A stretch of DNA of 64,000 nucleotides from the NCBI RefSeq assembly GCF_964204645.1, contig NC_134025.1, positions 19,009,101 to 19,073,100 on the forward strand, written 5' to 3'. The translations under genes were made by a program, and so were the position numbers. The notes under the pieces are model-generated. The model was not told where the DNA came from and did no database searches. It saw only the letters and a program-made list of their open reading frames with translations. The DNA comes from Tubulanus polymorphus (Eukaryota; Animalia; Nemertea). Positions 1-13,643 of this stretch are shown piece by piece; the stretch's first letter is position 1; each line of letters starts with the position of its first letter.

Positions 1-2053
1 TGTGACATCAAAAAAGGACTGTTAGAAAAAATTTTTGTCTTAGAGTCATCAGCTTCGGGTGAGCACGAAAGTTGTTCATGACAGCTCGGAGATTAAAAAA
101 TCAGTGGCATGGCCCATCTGCAATTAACTGATTGGGCTCTAGGGGCTCTAAAATGGGCCCTAAATTTTTTTAATGAGATTTTTGCTCCTAGCTCCTTAAC
201 CGCGGGATATATATATAATCGTGGTTGCAATGTTTGGTTAGTAGCCCTTTACAAGACACTTGTATTGATGTATGGTTTAAGTAGGTAACTCATATGGTTC
301 TCCAGTAGCGCCACCTGCAAGTTGCTGGAAATGCATGTTCATTGATATCTACTAAGCGGATTAAGGGATTTCTTTGAATATTGATACAAATGTACCTGGA
401 TATGAAATACAACGATCCTCTCACATAATTAGTTCCGATTCTAACCACTAGGGAGCGTAACTTTTGAAAACTCATTCTTGCATCCGTTATTCGTGGGTAA
501 TTCAACCATTTCATTATGGATATCACAACCTGGAGTGAGTACATATACATATGTATGGTGTGCTAACCAGTTAAATTAGTTCATACAACTGCCATTAGGG
601 AATGATAAAAACACGGTATTATTACCGAAGTTATTTTCCCTAAACTTGATACATTAGTACTGTGCACTTAGTAGCCATATCGGTCGACATATCCACGATA
701 TGTGCTGACCCCTAGGTGGTGCTCCTTCAAAATAACGCTACGTTATGAACTGATTTCAGTGAAATCTTTTGCAAGCTTTAATTAGGTTTTTCTCAAATCG
801 AATGGAGGACGTTGATATGCTAATTAGTCATGTGCTCGAATTGTAAATTCAATCTAATTTCATTTTGTAAAAATATCAAATCCAATTCAATTTTATTTCA
901 TTGAACAAATTAATATGATACACGATTGTACTGGATAAATTACATTGAGCGGGGAGTGTATGTTGATAAATATAACCTACAGATTGCATCATTAGCCATT
1001 TATGAAAAGCTGACAGGCTGTCCGTTGTGCCCCTTGGGCTCTTTGTTTCAAGAATAAACAGAAATATAGCTGCAAAGCGGCGATAATGGGTTTTTCTGCC
1101 TTGCTGGTTTTAAACGTCGTATTAGGAAACTTATACAGATTTCGACGAAATTAATCTCGTCAGTTCAGACGGGTAATTTGGAGCACCACCAAGTTGTCGA
1201 GACTTATTTGGATGTGTGGATCCGTATTGGCTGTTATGTACAACGAAATAAGGAATCAGGTTTAGTCAAAATAACTTTGATGAAGTCACGATCCCCTAGT
1301 GGCATTTGTGTGAAATAAGCATGCCACTTGGCATATTGCACATATGTACGTGTACTTTGATACCAGGATTGTGATTTCTACTATAAAGGACTGAATTACA
1401 AGCAAGTGGCACTCTAATCACGTCAAATAACGTGCAATTTCTTGTAAACTTGGTATGTGTAAAATGGGGTAGGTCCATAAATTGCAGCTATTGAAAATCA
1501 GCTTTTTCACTCATCCAATATGGCTGCTATGGTTGACATCTTTAATTTCGTGTGAGCTCTCTTGCTCTACCAAGGAAATGTTAACTCTAAACATACCGGG
1601 GTGACATACGTAGCGTTACGCCGCTTACTAGTTTAATGTAGAGCTGAATGATATTAGAAGACTCGATTTCTGGAATGCCGTTATTATTAATGTTGAGTAA
1701 AAACAAATTCTATTGGCTATATAACAGCTTTACTAATCTTTGTTACATGACAGTACCAGAGCTATTTCTAGATTTAAGATCTAGGATTGGCATCACTAGT
1801 TATGGGCAAAAAATTGTATCTAGCGATTTTGTTAATTGATTGATATGAATTTTCCTTCAATGATTAAAAGCATAATTTACAAATCATCTAAGAATCAAAT
1901 CATCTAAATGAAATGTATGGAGTGGAAGAATCAATGGTAAATCATAATATCCGTGATAAAACGATACGAGTAAAATCCCACAATAAAAGAATTAGATGAT
2001 AAAATGTTTATTAAAACCTGTCTAAGAAACATCCTACTGATAAGAAATTTATT

Positions 2054-3522
2054 ATGAAATTTACTAGCCGGTTACCCAGTTTACCCTATGCTTATGGCCT
2101 CCCCAAGATTCACAAACGTAATGTCCCTTTACGCCCTATAATTTCAAGCAGGGGCTCTCCCTCTTATTATCTTTCTAAATCTATTGCCAAAATGCTTTCT
2201 CCCTTACTTGGGTCATTCTCTGGTTCTCATATCAAACATAATATGGATTTATTACAAAGATTACGTCACATTACCCCCAATGGTAACAAGTTCATCTCTT
2301 TTGATGGAATCTCTCTATTCACCAACATCCCTCTGGAACCTACGTTAGATTTCATTAAACGTAAACTTCCATCCTTAAATTTGAATTTTCCTGTCTCAAT
2401 CCACTGTCTCATTGACCTTTTAGAATTATGTGCTAGAAGAGCCTATTTTCAATTGATGGCATTTTCTTTGAGCAAATATATGGTTTCGCTATGGGTAACC
2501 CCCTCTCGCCGATTTTAGCTAACCTCTTCTTAGAACATATTGAATCAGAAATTTTACCCTTATACACTGGGTTCGCGCCTCTTCTATGGCTCAGGTATGT
2601 TGATGACATTTTATGTTTAGTATCAACTGATTTTAACCTTGAATTGTTTTTGACATATCTCAATTCCCTTTATCCTTCCTTGAAGTTCACCTTTGAGTGG
2701 GAAGTTGACGGGAAAATGCCCTTTCTGGATGTTCTCATACATAATTTTAATTCGAGATTAGGTTTCTCTGTTTTTCGTAAACCTACTAACTGTGAATCCT
2801 ACCTACATTTCTTCTTGTTCACTCCAACTTACCCTAAAGTGGCAGTTGTTCAAGGTTTTTTCCTTCGGGCTTATAGGATTTGTGATAAAAACTTTTTAGA
2901 TCATGAGATTTTACATATTCAATCCAGTTTCAAAAAACTTGCATACCCTGACAAGATTTTAGTGAAAGCCCTTCACAAAGCCAAAAAAGTATTTTTCTCT
3001 CCTGCCCAACCCCGTAATCCTATTGATTCGCCTAAACCTAAAAACAAAATTATAGTTCCTTTTGTCCCTTGCCTTGACAAATTCAAACCGGCTCTTCGTC
3101 ATTTGAATACTGATTTAATTTTCAAGTATAATAACAAAATTTCTAATTTTTGCTCCAATAACAATCTGAACCCTAATGTCCATTGTGGAGTTTATAAAAT
3201 CAACTGTTCTGATTGTAACCTTTTTTACATTGGGGAAACCGGTAGGAATATTAAGGATCGTATCAAAGAACATAAACGAGATGTATTTAATGGGGTTAAA
3301 TTAGAAAGTGGGGTAGTCTCCCATTCTTTGGTTACCGGACACAATTTTGATTTTTCTGGAGCCAATATTATCTTTCCCAACAGTAGTCGCACTAAACGAC
3401 ATATAGTTGAATCTGCTTTGATTACTACTCATTCCGATCGTTCTGTCAACCTCAATAATGGTTTCAGCCCCCATAATAAACTTCTTTCAAGTTATGTCAG
3501 TGCTCTAGTCCCCATAACGTAA
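2054..3522 (+). pseudogene. Penelope RT-GIY-YIG ORF, truncated and frameshifted
   Basis: RT and GIY-YIG motifs split over two frames; N-terminal domain absent. Confidence 0.9.
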
Positions 3523-3583
3523 TGTGCAGCGATTCGTGTCCTATTTCATATTTCATGTATTAATACTGTATTTGGCAAGTCAT

Positions 3584-3627
3584 TTAGACTGAAGAAGGGT
3601 GGTAGTAACCACCCGAAATATTTCTTA
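3584..3627 (+). ncRNA. minimal type I hammerhead ribozyme motif in Penelope pLTR
   Basis: ttaga-CTGAAGA-a-GGGTGGT-agta-ACCACCC-GAAA-TA-TT-tctta: core boxes, 7-bp stem II, palindromic minimal stem III, short stem I. Confidence 0.8.
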
Positions 3628-3951
3628 TGTGTTTTAATAAACATTTTATCATCTAATTCTTTTATTGTGGGATTTTACTCGTATGGAGTTGAGATAGTCA
3701 TGAAAGGTTGCTTTCTTTTGGTATATTGTCAGGACTCAAAATTGAACAGTTATTGATTGAGGAGGTCTTGAAAATGGAAAATCCCCTGTGTTTATAATTC
3801 ATTTGAAGTTAATGCGTTTGTTTGTTTCATGAATGGCTTCCCCGATTGCATGTACATTTTACCGCTTTCATCCAGACTAATGCTCTAAAATCACATACTA
3901 TCCTTATGTTCGAAGTGAGGTTTATATTTTCTTTCAATGCACATTTTTTAG

Positions 3952-4048
3952 TTCACCCAAGTTTGAGCCACCAAAGCGTGATGAAGAAGCAGAATCACAG
4001 AGGCGGGCTCGGGCAAGACGGGCTAGAGAATCTCGACGTTCAACTCAG
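3952..4048 (+). CDS. PPP1R12A: MYPT1/PPP1R12-family exon (SPKFEPPKRDEEAESQRRARARRARESRRSTQ), first exon recognised in window
   Basis: ttttttag acceptor and CAG|gtaatg donor; resembles human MYPT1 PVRDEESESQRKARSRQARQSRRSTQ; Thr696-equivalent codon ACT at 4043-4045. The symbol denotes the family, not a specific vertebrate paralogue. Confidence 0.95.
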
Positions 4049-4088
4049 GTAATGTCAATTTTTATGCCCAGCTTTTGGTTTTATTGTT

Positions 4089-4789
4089 CAGGGATGATTA
4101 TTTTCCGCTGTTTGGCAGATTTCCGCCTTTTCAATCAATTTTTCCTCTTTTCTCAGATCGATGCGAATCCGTTGAAAAAAATTGGGGGGGGGGGTGAGGA
4201 TAATGGCATCTAAGGATAGATTGGTTTGACCATAAAAGCATTTCCCCATCTATTTTTAAATGAGATCATTTTCGTTAGCGGCATGTGTATACTAACAAAG
4301 TTTTATCTATCTGTTGCCCGACCATGTATCTGTGTATATATGTATCTAGGTTATTGATTTTTTACCGAGTGTTACTCGCGTAGTGCTTAAAAATGACTTT
4401 GCGGTCCCTTACGTGGTGCCGTCTACATTGTTTTCGTATGCAAATAAATAGATGATGAGCATCTTGACTCCTCTTGGAACTAGCAGTATGTTGACGGTAA
4501 AACATGGACGATGTTGTTTGATTTCTGAGTGGAATTTCAATGTAAAAACTGCTGAAAAACGATTTGAGACGATGTGAAAAATAAAAAATTTCAAACCCCC
4601 CTCATTACTTGGTTCTTTTGACACTCGTGGCACTCAAAATCAAACACCCCTCATTACTTCGCGCCTTCGGCACTGGTGCCTGGCAGCTGATGCTGCCAGT
4701 AACATCACGCTTAGGGCATTGGTTATTTCTAAGTTATTACAAGATTCGAAATTTTCCGCCTTTTTGATGATGGCCCGTTATCATCCCTG
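4089..4789. mobile_element. hAT/P-like MITE
   Basis: CAGGGATGAT…ATCATCCCTG termini, internal TTCCGC repeats, ttattg on both flanks. Confidence 0.65.
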
Positions 4790-5821
4790 ATTATTGCTGC
4801 TTACTGTTGTCACATTGTGTTTCCAATAGAGAACAAATATGCGTAATTGTATTTATCTCATCAAGGGTAGAGGCTAGGATGAATAATTTTCCCGGTTTTT
4901 TGGTTTACATATGGCGTCACTTTTGAGCGAGTGCATCCGCTTTTTCGTGGCACAAAATTTTATGCCAATAGTGCCGATTTTTATGAGCACAAATGGTTCA
5001 TGACATGAGCGCCTAGCCGCATGCAAAGAACAGGGATCCCAAACTTCTGACTAAAAAAATTTTTTATGGTGTCTGAGATCGATACAGATTTGGTGTTAAA
5101 ATAAAGGGGGTAGGGGGTAATGATCGGTTATGACACTTGTGGTGAGTTTTGTAATGATCGACTTGCCGTGGCTAGCCTGAGCCTACATCTGGAAAATCGA
5201 TACTGTACCGCGTACTGCTGCTACAGTATTGTAGGCCAACGCGTGCTGTCACGATATGAATAAGAAAATAGTGGAGCGATATGGTTTAAACAATAGCATT
5301 CATACACACGCCACACGCTAGCGAGCAGCGTCTACATTACTGATCACTAGAGTATATACCTGCGTGCATGTGGTCTATTGATTTGCGCGCAGCAGTAATG
5401 ATCAGACTGACACGCGTGATGCATACATGTCGTCAATCAAAACAAACTATTCAGTAGATCCAAAATGTCGACTGCCCGTAAATGTTTTTTTTTTTGTTTG
5501 AATAAAATTAATTATAACTATTGACAAATCTTTCTGCCGAGAAAAAAGCTGCTGCTTCAAGGATTCGAACCTAATATCGATTGTTCGAAGATTTCAACCA
5601 CCAATTAGAATCTTTGATACATTAGTTATGGATCAAACATGGATTCCACATCAAACTGACGTTAATTTTTGCTAGATTCTGGTCCTGAGAATTTCCCAGA
5701 TGCCTGGAAATTGCCTCAAATTTAAAAAAATCTCTTGGGGAGGGTCCCCAAACCCCCCTAATGGCGTGGCTTCACGCCAATGGAGCTTGCGAGGACAGAA
5801 TTAGATCAAGTTGATTTCCGA

Positions 5822-7009
5822 TTTTTGGTTTACCTTTGTCAGCAGTCTGAGGTTGGCATTGAGCCGTACGGTACGTTTTTTTATGTGAGCATTTTTGGTT
5901 TACCTTTGTCAGCAGTATGAGGTTGACATTGAGCCAATTCATGTAAAATCGCAGTACGTTTTTTTTTTTGAGCATTTTTTTCATTGGTTCTCGGGTTAAA
6001 CGACGTATAATCGATGCAATTGAAGACATGACGAACTTCCGTCGATGACATGGTCAACTTTGTTTAAATTCGACGAAAAACTGTTTTTGGTGGGAAAATT
6101 CTTAGCTCTTGTGTATAAAATTGCAATGACCTCGATTGGGCGAATGTGATTGGCTGTTTTTGGGATATACGGGGAATTCTGGCACTACTAAAATAATCAC
6201 GGGAAAGCCATTAATGGTGAACGTTTCATTGGACTAGGTGCCGTATATGTGCAAATTTTAAATGCTCATTGCTGGTGAGAATATAATTATTTCACATATT
6301 GCCATAGGTATTGTTTCATTTTAATACCCGGTGATTGCGTTGATTGAGATTGAAGTGAAGTGAACGTTCACTACACAAGGCCTACACGTGGGAGTGCTAG
6401 TGCACACAAACACACGCTCTCAGACTACTATATGGTGATGCTGTAACGCTGCTTGGCGAGTGCACGTTTGGTATGATAACAGGCTGAATAATCGTGGTAG
6501 CAGATGAGCGCTTTGTTTTCTGTTTGTAATAATTTGTAATTTCTTGTGACCTGAAAATACTAAGCAGCGAACTATAGGCATAGGTCGAGGTCTGAATATT
6601 GTGTAATGGTAAATTCCAGGATTTAAAACGATCTAATGCTTCGCCCCTGTGTATTAGCTTCCGCGGCCATACATTGGAAGAGGTTTCGTTTCCAAGACTC
6701 AATATTCAGCCACCCTCTGATATGTGACATCATATGAATTTCATTTGAATATTTTTTCATATTGTGAAAAATATTTTTTTGAAAATATAAAATAGTTTCC
6801 CTGCCGCGCCTACCTGTACCCTACGAAATTTTGGACTTAGACCATAAATAAATGTTTATCTTTTGGTCTTATTTGACTAAGATAAAATACAATATAAACT
6901 TCTAGAACTTTGAAGTCACGAATTAAAAAGATTTTTCAAGCAATGCCCTTACTCCAAACAACCTCTAGCTTTCAAGGTAAACCACACTTTGCCCATGGGC
7001 AATTTATTT
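5822..7009 (+). mobile_element. HINE family E (copies 22651-23437, 48540-50129, partial 18912-19478, 3' end near 50700)
   Basis: 5' GGTTTACCTT and 3' AAGGTAAACC subTIRs, 3' hairpin TTGCCCATGGGCAA, T-run flanks; 5' ~70 bp tandemly duplicated here. Confidence 0.82.
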
Positions 7010-7619
7010 TCATTGGTTCTCAGATTAAACGACATATAACAGAGATGAGAATTCCCCGCGGATCCGCGGTTTCCCGCGGATTTCTGTATTGAAAAATATC
7101 AATTTTCCAAATAGTCCAAAAATGATGTAAAAGTATGGGGGGGGTGATGATCTCACTCAATTGGTCCGGCGCGATCGGTAATCAGGTGAACCGTAAAAGC
7201 GTTCAGTGCCTGTTTTACTTATCGTCACGTAAAAGTATCGCATTTCAATGCATATTCATTGCAACACAGTGATTTTGTATGTACATTTGTACTGCGATGA
7301 GTTTGTATGTATTTTATCGATCGGTTGCAGACACGCACGCACAGCAACAGTAGTAACGTATATAGGTCTACTTACTGTTGCTGCGTGTGTGTGGCGAACG
7401 CTTTCGGATATTATACACTACTTGGTGATGATTTTTAGTGAGCATTCATCGGCGCATTTTTACTGCAATAATTCAGGGCTCGACCCGTAATGCATGAGAT
7501 GCTGAATGTCATCAAATGAGGATGTACCACATTGGAACTAGCCATTACCTTCCAAAATATAATAGTCGTTCATGGGTTCGAGATCGCTCTAAGTGCTCGG
7601 AAAACGTATTTAATTTCTA

Positions 7620-8230
7620 AAATTTTCTTGGGGGAGGACTCAAGATGGCCGTCCTGTGACCTTTTTTTATGCCAAAAAATGTAAATTTTGGTCGGAATTC
7701 CAAGTCCTGTAGCTTCCTTCTTGTTTGCCATTTTTCATTGAAATTTGTGATGGCTATTCTGTGAAAAGAGATCTTTAATACCTGAGAAGGGTATTTTGAT
7801 CAGCCAATTATCACACATTTTGCGGCCATCTTGGTGTCACCAGTACTCATTCATAGGTGGAAAAAAGTTTTCCACATTATATTGATACCTAAGCATATTT
7901 TGTTACCACAATCAATTGGGAAGTTGTAGCTCATAACATGTTTTATGATTGTGGTGAGTTTCAAGGTTATTGGCTTTGTATACGGCCGCCAGGGGGTGTT
8001 GATTTATACAATAACTTAGTATTTCTATATCATGTTCGTACTTTAGCACATTTTGTTACCACAATCAATTGCAAAATTGTAGCTGCTGACATGTTCTATG
8101 ATTGTGGTGAGTTTCAAGGTCATTGGCTTTTGTATATGGTCACCAGGGGGTCGTTGAATATTGAAAGTTTTATTGTCAAGCATTTGAAATCACTTTCCAC
8201 GTGGGTATGGTGTCCCTGAGCCCCTAGTTT
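7620..8230 (+). mobile_element. HINE-A 3' part (further fragments near 9457-9600, 11630-13892, 19760-20100, 20590-20630, 62120-62270)
   Basis: homology by eye to 15840-16741 including the 154-bp unit and ggtgtccc…cccctagttt end. Confidence 0.8.
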
Positions 8231-8550
8231 ACCATTGGAGTCGTTTGAGTTGTTTGTTCGCACCTCTTCCCCATCTCATGGGAAATGATGAAACTTGGCT
8301 GCCCCATGGCTGAATACGTGAGGACCATGGCTTTACTCGGTTTGGTTAAATGAGCATCTACTCATGTACAGTAACTTAAAGTTTTTGGGTCAAACATGCG
8401 CCCCAGTCATCTTCTCAACCAATATATTCCATTATTATTTACAAAACTACTTAGATGGACCATGATTAAAATATGTTTGCTCAGTGATAAGTGAAACTGA
8501 TTGATTTTGAATTATTGTTTCCGATTCACTTTTACTTTTGTATTTTCTAG

Positions 8551-8727
8551 GGTGTGACTAAAGAAGATGTTGAGCGAGCGGAGGAAGCTTTAGCTGCTAG
8601 TGACAAAGATGAACAACGTTGGTCAAGGACTGCGCCACCTACTGATAAGGAAGAAAATAAAAGTGATAAAGAAAATAAACCGGAAGAAATTCCATCTTAC
8701 CGAAGGTCATGGGAGGAACGAAAGGAG
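8551..8727 (+). CDS. PPP1R12A: MYPT exon (GVTKEDVERAEEALAAS...SWEERKE)
   Basis: tattttctag acceptor, GAG|gtactt donor, phase 0/0; completes RRSTQ|GVT as in MYPT1 (GVTLTDLQEAE). Confidence 0.93.
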
Positions 8728-8940
8728 GTACTTAGACAATTATAGTTCTGTCTTGCTGATATGTATCATATCCAAAATCATCCGCGGATTTCCGTGGAGT
8801 TCCATTTTTAAGCCAGCCATAGGCTCGCTCCGCCTATGGCTGGCTTAAAAATATATATATATATATATATATAATCTGTCAAGTTCAGTTTTTCATTTTC
8901 CCCTGTCATAAATGACTGGTAGGACGCGTGCTGGTTAAGA

Positions 8941-9054
8941 CCCAGTTGCTCAAAAGTTGGTTAAAGATAACCAGTGGATAGATACCATAGGAACAATGAA
9001 CTTTTAATTGTAACTATCCACTGGTTGCCTCTAACCAAACTTTGAGCAACTGGG
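8941..9054. mobile_element. small palindromic MITE
   Basis: ~41-bp imperfect inverted arms CCCAGTTGCTCAAA…AACCAGTGGATAG. Confidence 0.78.
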
Positions 9055-9760
9055 CCCAGAATTGGGCACTTAACTTTTTGTGAAATAACTGAAAACATGC
9101 CAAAATCGAGCAAATCGCCATTCGTTTTGCAAACACGTGTTTTTGTGAATTTTGTATAGGCCTGGACTGCTAATGCTGTGAAATTTTGTGTTCATACATT
9201 TCCACATAATTTGCTGAATAAACTTCTAAATTTACTCCAAGGCCTGCGTAAATTAAGGGGTCCCACCTGCACCTAACTTCTTAATAACCTGGCTTGACCT
9301 TTGACTATAGTTTCCTGGATAGATCCAAGAATTGCGCCTGTGTCAGTCTGTGCATGTGGGCGTACAGTTGTTCCCACTCTACAGTCTTCAGGTTTGATTG
9401 ATTTTCTTGGGTTTTGTTATGTTTGTTTTAGGTGGGAGGTGGATGAACCCTATTGTTTTTAGCCCACTTGGGACTTGTGTCTCAGCGGGCTATTGCGTTT
9501 ACAATTCGTCCATTGCCCGTCCATCTGTTCGTCATAGCGTCCGTCAGTTCATAGCACAATCCAGTTATTTAGGGAAGTTTTGAAGACACTTCAATGGATT
9601 AAAATATGAGTCCCACAATCACAAGTTCGAAAAGATTTAAAATATCAAAACTATAATGAATTTATTAAAAACTCGAATTTTCGGTTTTATCCTAAAAACC
9701 ATTCTCAAGAGTGACTAGCCTAAAATTATGACATTTCACAGTATATATACCAGTAAGAAC

Positions 9761-10035
9761 GACTATTGCACATGAAAACTAGGTAATATTAACCAGAGAG
9801 GAAATGTATAGGGACAAAAGTTTATTGTGAAGGGAGAAGCCAAGGTTACCATTGACACAGGAATTTGAATGGGAATTTATTAAAGCCGACTCAACTATGT
9901 GACGTCGGGTAATACTGTGAGAGGGAAAAATTATACGAGAATTATCAAAATCAAATTGATGACCATTGGTATCCCAAACGTGGGTACACTTCCTCTCTGG
10001 TTAACATTACCTACTAGTTTTCATGTGCAATAGTG
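9761..10035. mobile_element. MITE with ~40-bp TIR, CACTA-like end
   Basis: ACTATTGCACATGAAAACTAG…TTAACCAGAGAGGA inverted at both ends; no TSD seen. Confidence 0.7.
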
Positions 10036-11755
10036 TGTGTCGGGGTGTGCCAGACCCCCGACTTATTTTCCGGATTTTTAGCTTCACGTAAGTGGCAACT
10101 CCGGAACATAGTTTTGACGACTAAGTGCCCGACTTGAATAATATACAATAATAGCACTAAGGCTAATAATTATAACTGTCACAAACATGTAAAATGCTAC
10201 ATTTCTAAGTTTCACTAGCTACTACTATATAAATTAGAAGTGAAAAAATACGGTAAAACTAACAACACATTATGTTCCTAAGCATGTCCACGATCCGACA
10301 CATTCAACGATTAGGGCTTAAAGAGACCCGTTAAACTGCGAGAAATGCTTTAATACAGCGATGGAGCTATGTGACCACTGAGGCGTGAGCCAATAATAAT
10401 ATAGTAACGTTATAGAAATATTTGACTATTCAACAATTGATCCCTAAAAACTAGCTTCTACAAAACATATCTGACAGATTCTTTTATCAGTCAAGCGTGA
10501 CACAATAGGCAGCCATCTTAGTGTCATCACTCCTCATTTATAGATAGAAAAAGGTTTTCATGGGCTTGCATGCTTGCAAGCCCATATTGCTATCACACGG
10601 ATTGATAACTTGCTTGGGGAGTCGATAACTCTCATTAGAAACTTCTTTGGACTTTGATATTTACACACATTTATTGCAGTAATAAAATCTAGGTTCCTTT
10701 CGTATATTGGCTATATCGGTTGTCGTTTTCATTGTTTTATGATTTTGTTTAATCATTTTTGTTATTTCAGCAGCGCAAACCAACCTTGGTTGAGCGTCCG
10801 TGATCAGTCTTGAAATTGGTATTCATGCGCAGCATAGTACTGCCGACAATTCAATTCATTCTTTATTGACACAATTAAAATTTCACGATAAAAAATTTAC
10901 TTTCACGTTTTTAAAAAATTATTTTAATTTTCTTTTACTTTCATTGGGTGCTTGCGTTAGCGGCCATTTGAAAAATCTCTGTATGAACATTTATATTGTT
11001 CAGTTTAAATATCTGAAACTTAAAACCGCTTTTCTGTAAAATAAGCTCTGAATTGAATTGAAGACTGGTTCCCTGTTTCTTCAAAGAGCCAGGGGGAGGT
11101 AGGCTGTGGTGGCAATAAACTTTATTGGATGATCGTAGTGGAGTTTCATTTGAAGGAAATGCAACCTATTCTTGCTTAATGTCTTTATTATTTTAAAAGA
11201 AAAATTGTGGCTCCTATCTATTTTCGTGTTCGCTTCTCTTCACCTGAAATCACTGAAGTTAGTCACGTTTTTTCATTCAGCTGTAAATTTTTCTATGCAA
11301 AATCATTTCAACACAATCCGATAAGTAATCTAGGCCTAGCAATTATCAAAATGATGATAGATTCTGTTAAGACACTACAATATTCAAATAACAACTATCC
11401 AAAAGCTTGCACTAACTTGGTCCACGTCTACAATAAAACCATTCTGATTCCCAGTCGATGTAAGACAACACCGATCTCTTAGCTCTTTAAAAAGTAATGA
11501 GTTCAAAGTTCGATTAATTCTACTACAGAAATACAAAACCACCAAGCAAGCTTTCAGTACAACCATGTCAGCCAGTCCATTTTTAGAATTTCTTTCTTGT
11601 TTGAAGAAAATATCGACATATTTCAACGGATAAATAGTATCACTGTCGTAGCATTCATCTCCTCATGTGGAATTGGGGTCATCCGGGTTTTTGTTCTCGT
11701 TACCAGGGGAATTGAATTGAATTATATACAATTTCCTTATTTATATTGGTACCTA

Positions 11756-12353
11756 CCGTAAAAACCGGCGTATAAGTCGAGTTTTTAACCCTTGATTTTA
11801 CCACTAAATTATTGACCTCGACTTATACGCCGAGTACAGTTTTCTACTAAGTATTTTCAGGTCACAAGAAATATTGATTCTACCAGATAAAAAAGACAGT
11901 GTTCATCTTCTCACTGCTATAACAGTTTCAATAATTATTCATGATAAATAAAGCTATTTAATGAAAAAACTTCTTTCATTTTGACACAACTTCATTTAAA
12001 ACATGTATTCATATATGCGCACTCATAGCAGCGCTTAATACATTAGGCTATATATAGGCTATATATAGAGTGTGACTCACACTACTGTATCACTGTATGG
12101 TAGTGTATTATACCTGAGTGTGTGTATCAGTCTATTGATTAACACACAGCAGCAATCAGGCTGACGCGCGGTGGCTGCATGAAGGCACACATCGTTATCA
12201 AAACAAACTATTCAATACAATGATACAAGTAATTATTCTTCTAAAAGAAGGGACTCGACTTATAAGCCGGGTATATGTTAAAATCATAAAATGTAGGTCT
12301 GAAAATCGACCTCGACTTATACGCTGCGTAGACTTATACGCCGGTTTTTATGG
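11756..12353. mobile_element. Tc1/mariner-pogo-type MITE, TA TSD (copies 28411-28981 and 33204-34766)
   Basis: TIR CCGTAAAAACCGGCGTATAAGTC with subterminal CTCGACTTATA repeats; TA on both flanks. Confidence 0.88.
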
Positions 12354-12566
12354 TATATATATTGGATATTTTGTAACCATAATCGATAGTAAAATTCTAA
12401 CTAGTGACATGTTCTTTGATTGCGAGGAGTTTTCAGGTCATTTTGATTGTTGTGTATGGCCAGCAGGGGGCACTAAATTGCCTATTAAGTTACTGTCTTC
12501 ATATTGTATTGGCACACGGGCATATTTTGTAACCACAATGAATTGCAAAATCGTAACTTTTGATAT

Positions 12567-13643
12567 GGCAGATTTCACAATAATGGGTCCTAAATAAGTC
12601 AAAATTTTTGATGAAGGAATTAAATAAAACTAGGTATTATTTTATTTTGATAAAGTAACGTTTTTGACTGCGCTGATCTACCGATCTTCGACAGCCGATT
12701 ACAAGTGGGGCTTTCCACAAAATAACAAATTTTCCCTCCATTTATCAAAGATACATTTTTTTCTTAATATCCTAATCTCAAAAATCAACATATTTAATTG
12801 AGCATAGAATCACTTTTATCTGAAATAAACAAAGGTTAACCAGCAATATTCGAATGTAAGGCACCGTTGTCAAATATCTGTATGTTGAATGAATGTGTAC
12901 TACAGCGCGCCTGTATCGGCCTGATATACTGCTAATACACTAGATCGATAAACCGTTCGAATGCTAGCGGTGAACTGTGATGCTCCCTATAGGGGAACAC
13001 TGTAGAGCGTAAGCGCACATAAACTGTTTCAACCTAACAATTTTTTGTGAAGGTAAACAAATGTTACATTCGATTACATCGATTCACCGATAAGGCATAT
13101 ATTGTTGCACAACATCATTTGCCCTTTTGATTGACCCTCCAGGAAAGATGTTACAGATAAGTTTCCGTAAAATTTATTTTTATTACCGAAGTCAAATTAT
13201 GGTTACATTCGGTGGGCTTTACACACACTGGGTCTATCTTACAATATTTAAGAATTATGCAGGTTTTAATTGATTTTCATGGTCAATTGATAAATTATGA
13301 CATATTTCCTTCCATCATTCATGTTTCGTAAGTTATTATTAGGTATGGGGAGAGTACCTGATCGGGAGGAAATTGACAATGTAGCAAACGTAACAGCGTA
13401 ACCCTTCAGGAGCCTCATTGATTGACTGAGAACTGGCTGACTGCCAGGAATATCGCATGTTGTGCACACATCGCAGTGTTTACAAATCTAGGACACTGGT
13501 GGTTCAAGCCACTGGTTTTAAAAGAGCGCTGGGCGCAGTTTGTTAACGAACGTTACTCTTTTTGTTAACTTCTTGTTACGTTCATATACTAGCAGAAATA
13601 AATTTGCGAGTAGATATTGGTACCCAGTACTGTGAAATCCGCC
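12567..13643. mobile_element. TIR element with ATAT flanks, unclassified
   Basis: TIR GGC(A/G)GATTTCACA(A/G)TA(A/C)TGGG; sits in a HINE-A 154-bp unit. Confidence 0.8.

Larger units (their letters stand above)
1964..3684 (+). mobile_element. Penelope-like retroelement (RT plus GIY-YIG), 5'-truncated, with inverted partial pLTR
   Basis: ORFs 2054-2518 and 2491-3522 (one frameshift near 2450) give YGLPKIHK, LRPIIS, SFDGISLFTNIP, MGNPLSP, RYVDD and GVYKINCSDCNLFYIGETGR; 1964-2017 is an inverted copy of 3631-3684. Confidence 0.95.

Noticed and set aside
1138-1170. Minus-strand CTGACGA…GAAA hammerhead-like core
   Set aside because: No stem I or III partner found, and a competing hairpin GACGAGAT/ATTTCGTC sequesters the core
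3822-4052. 76-aa ORF over the first MYPT exon
   Set aside because: Wrong frame; the real exon is read in another frame between splice sites
10771-10803. Possible alternative terminal MYPT exon QRKPTLVERP* after a strong acceptor
   Set aside because: Appears to lie in a HINE-like repeat starting near 10557; no homology support
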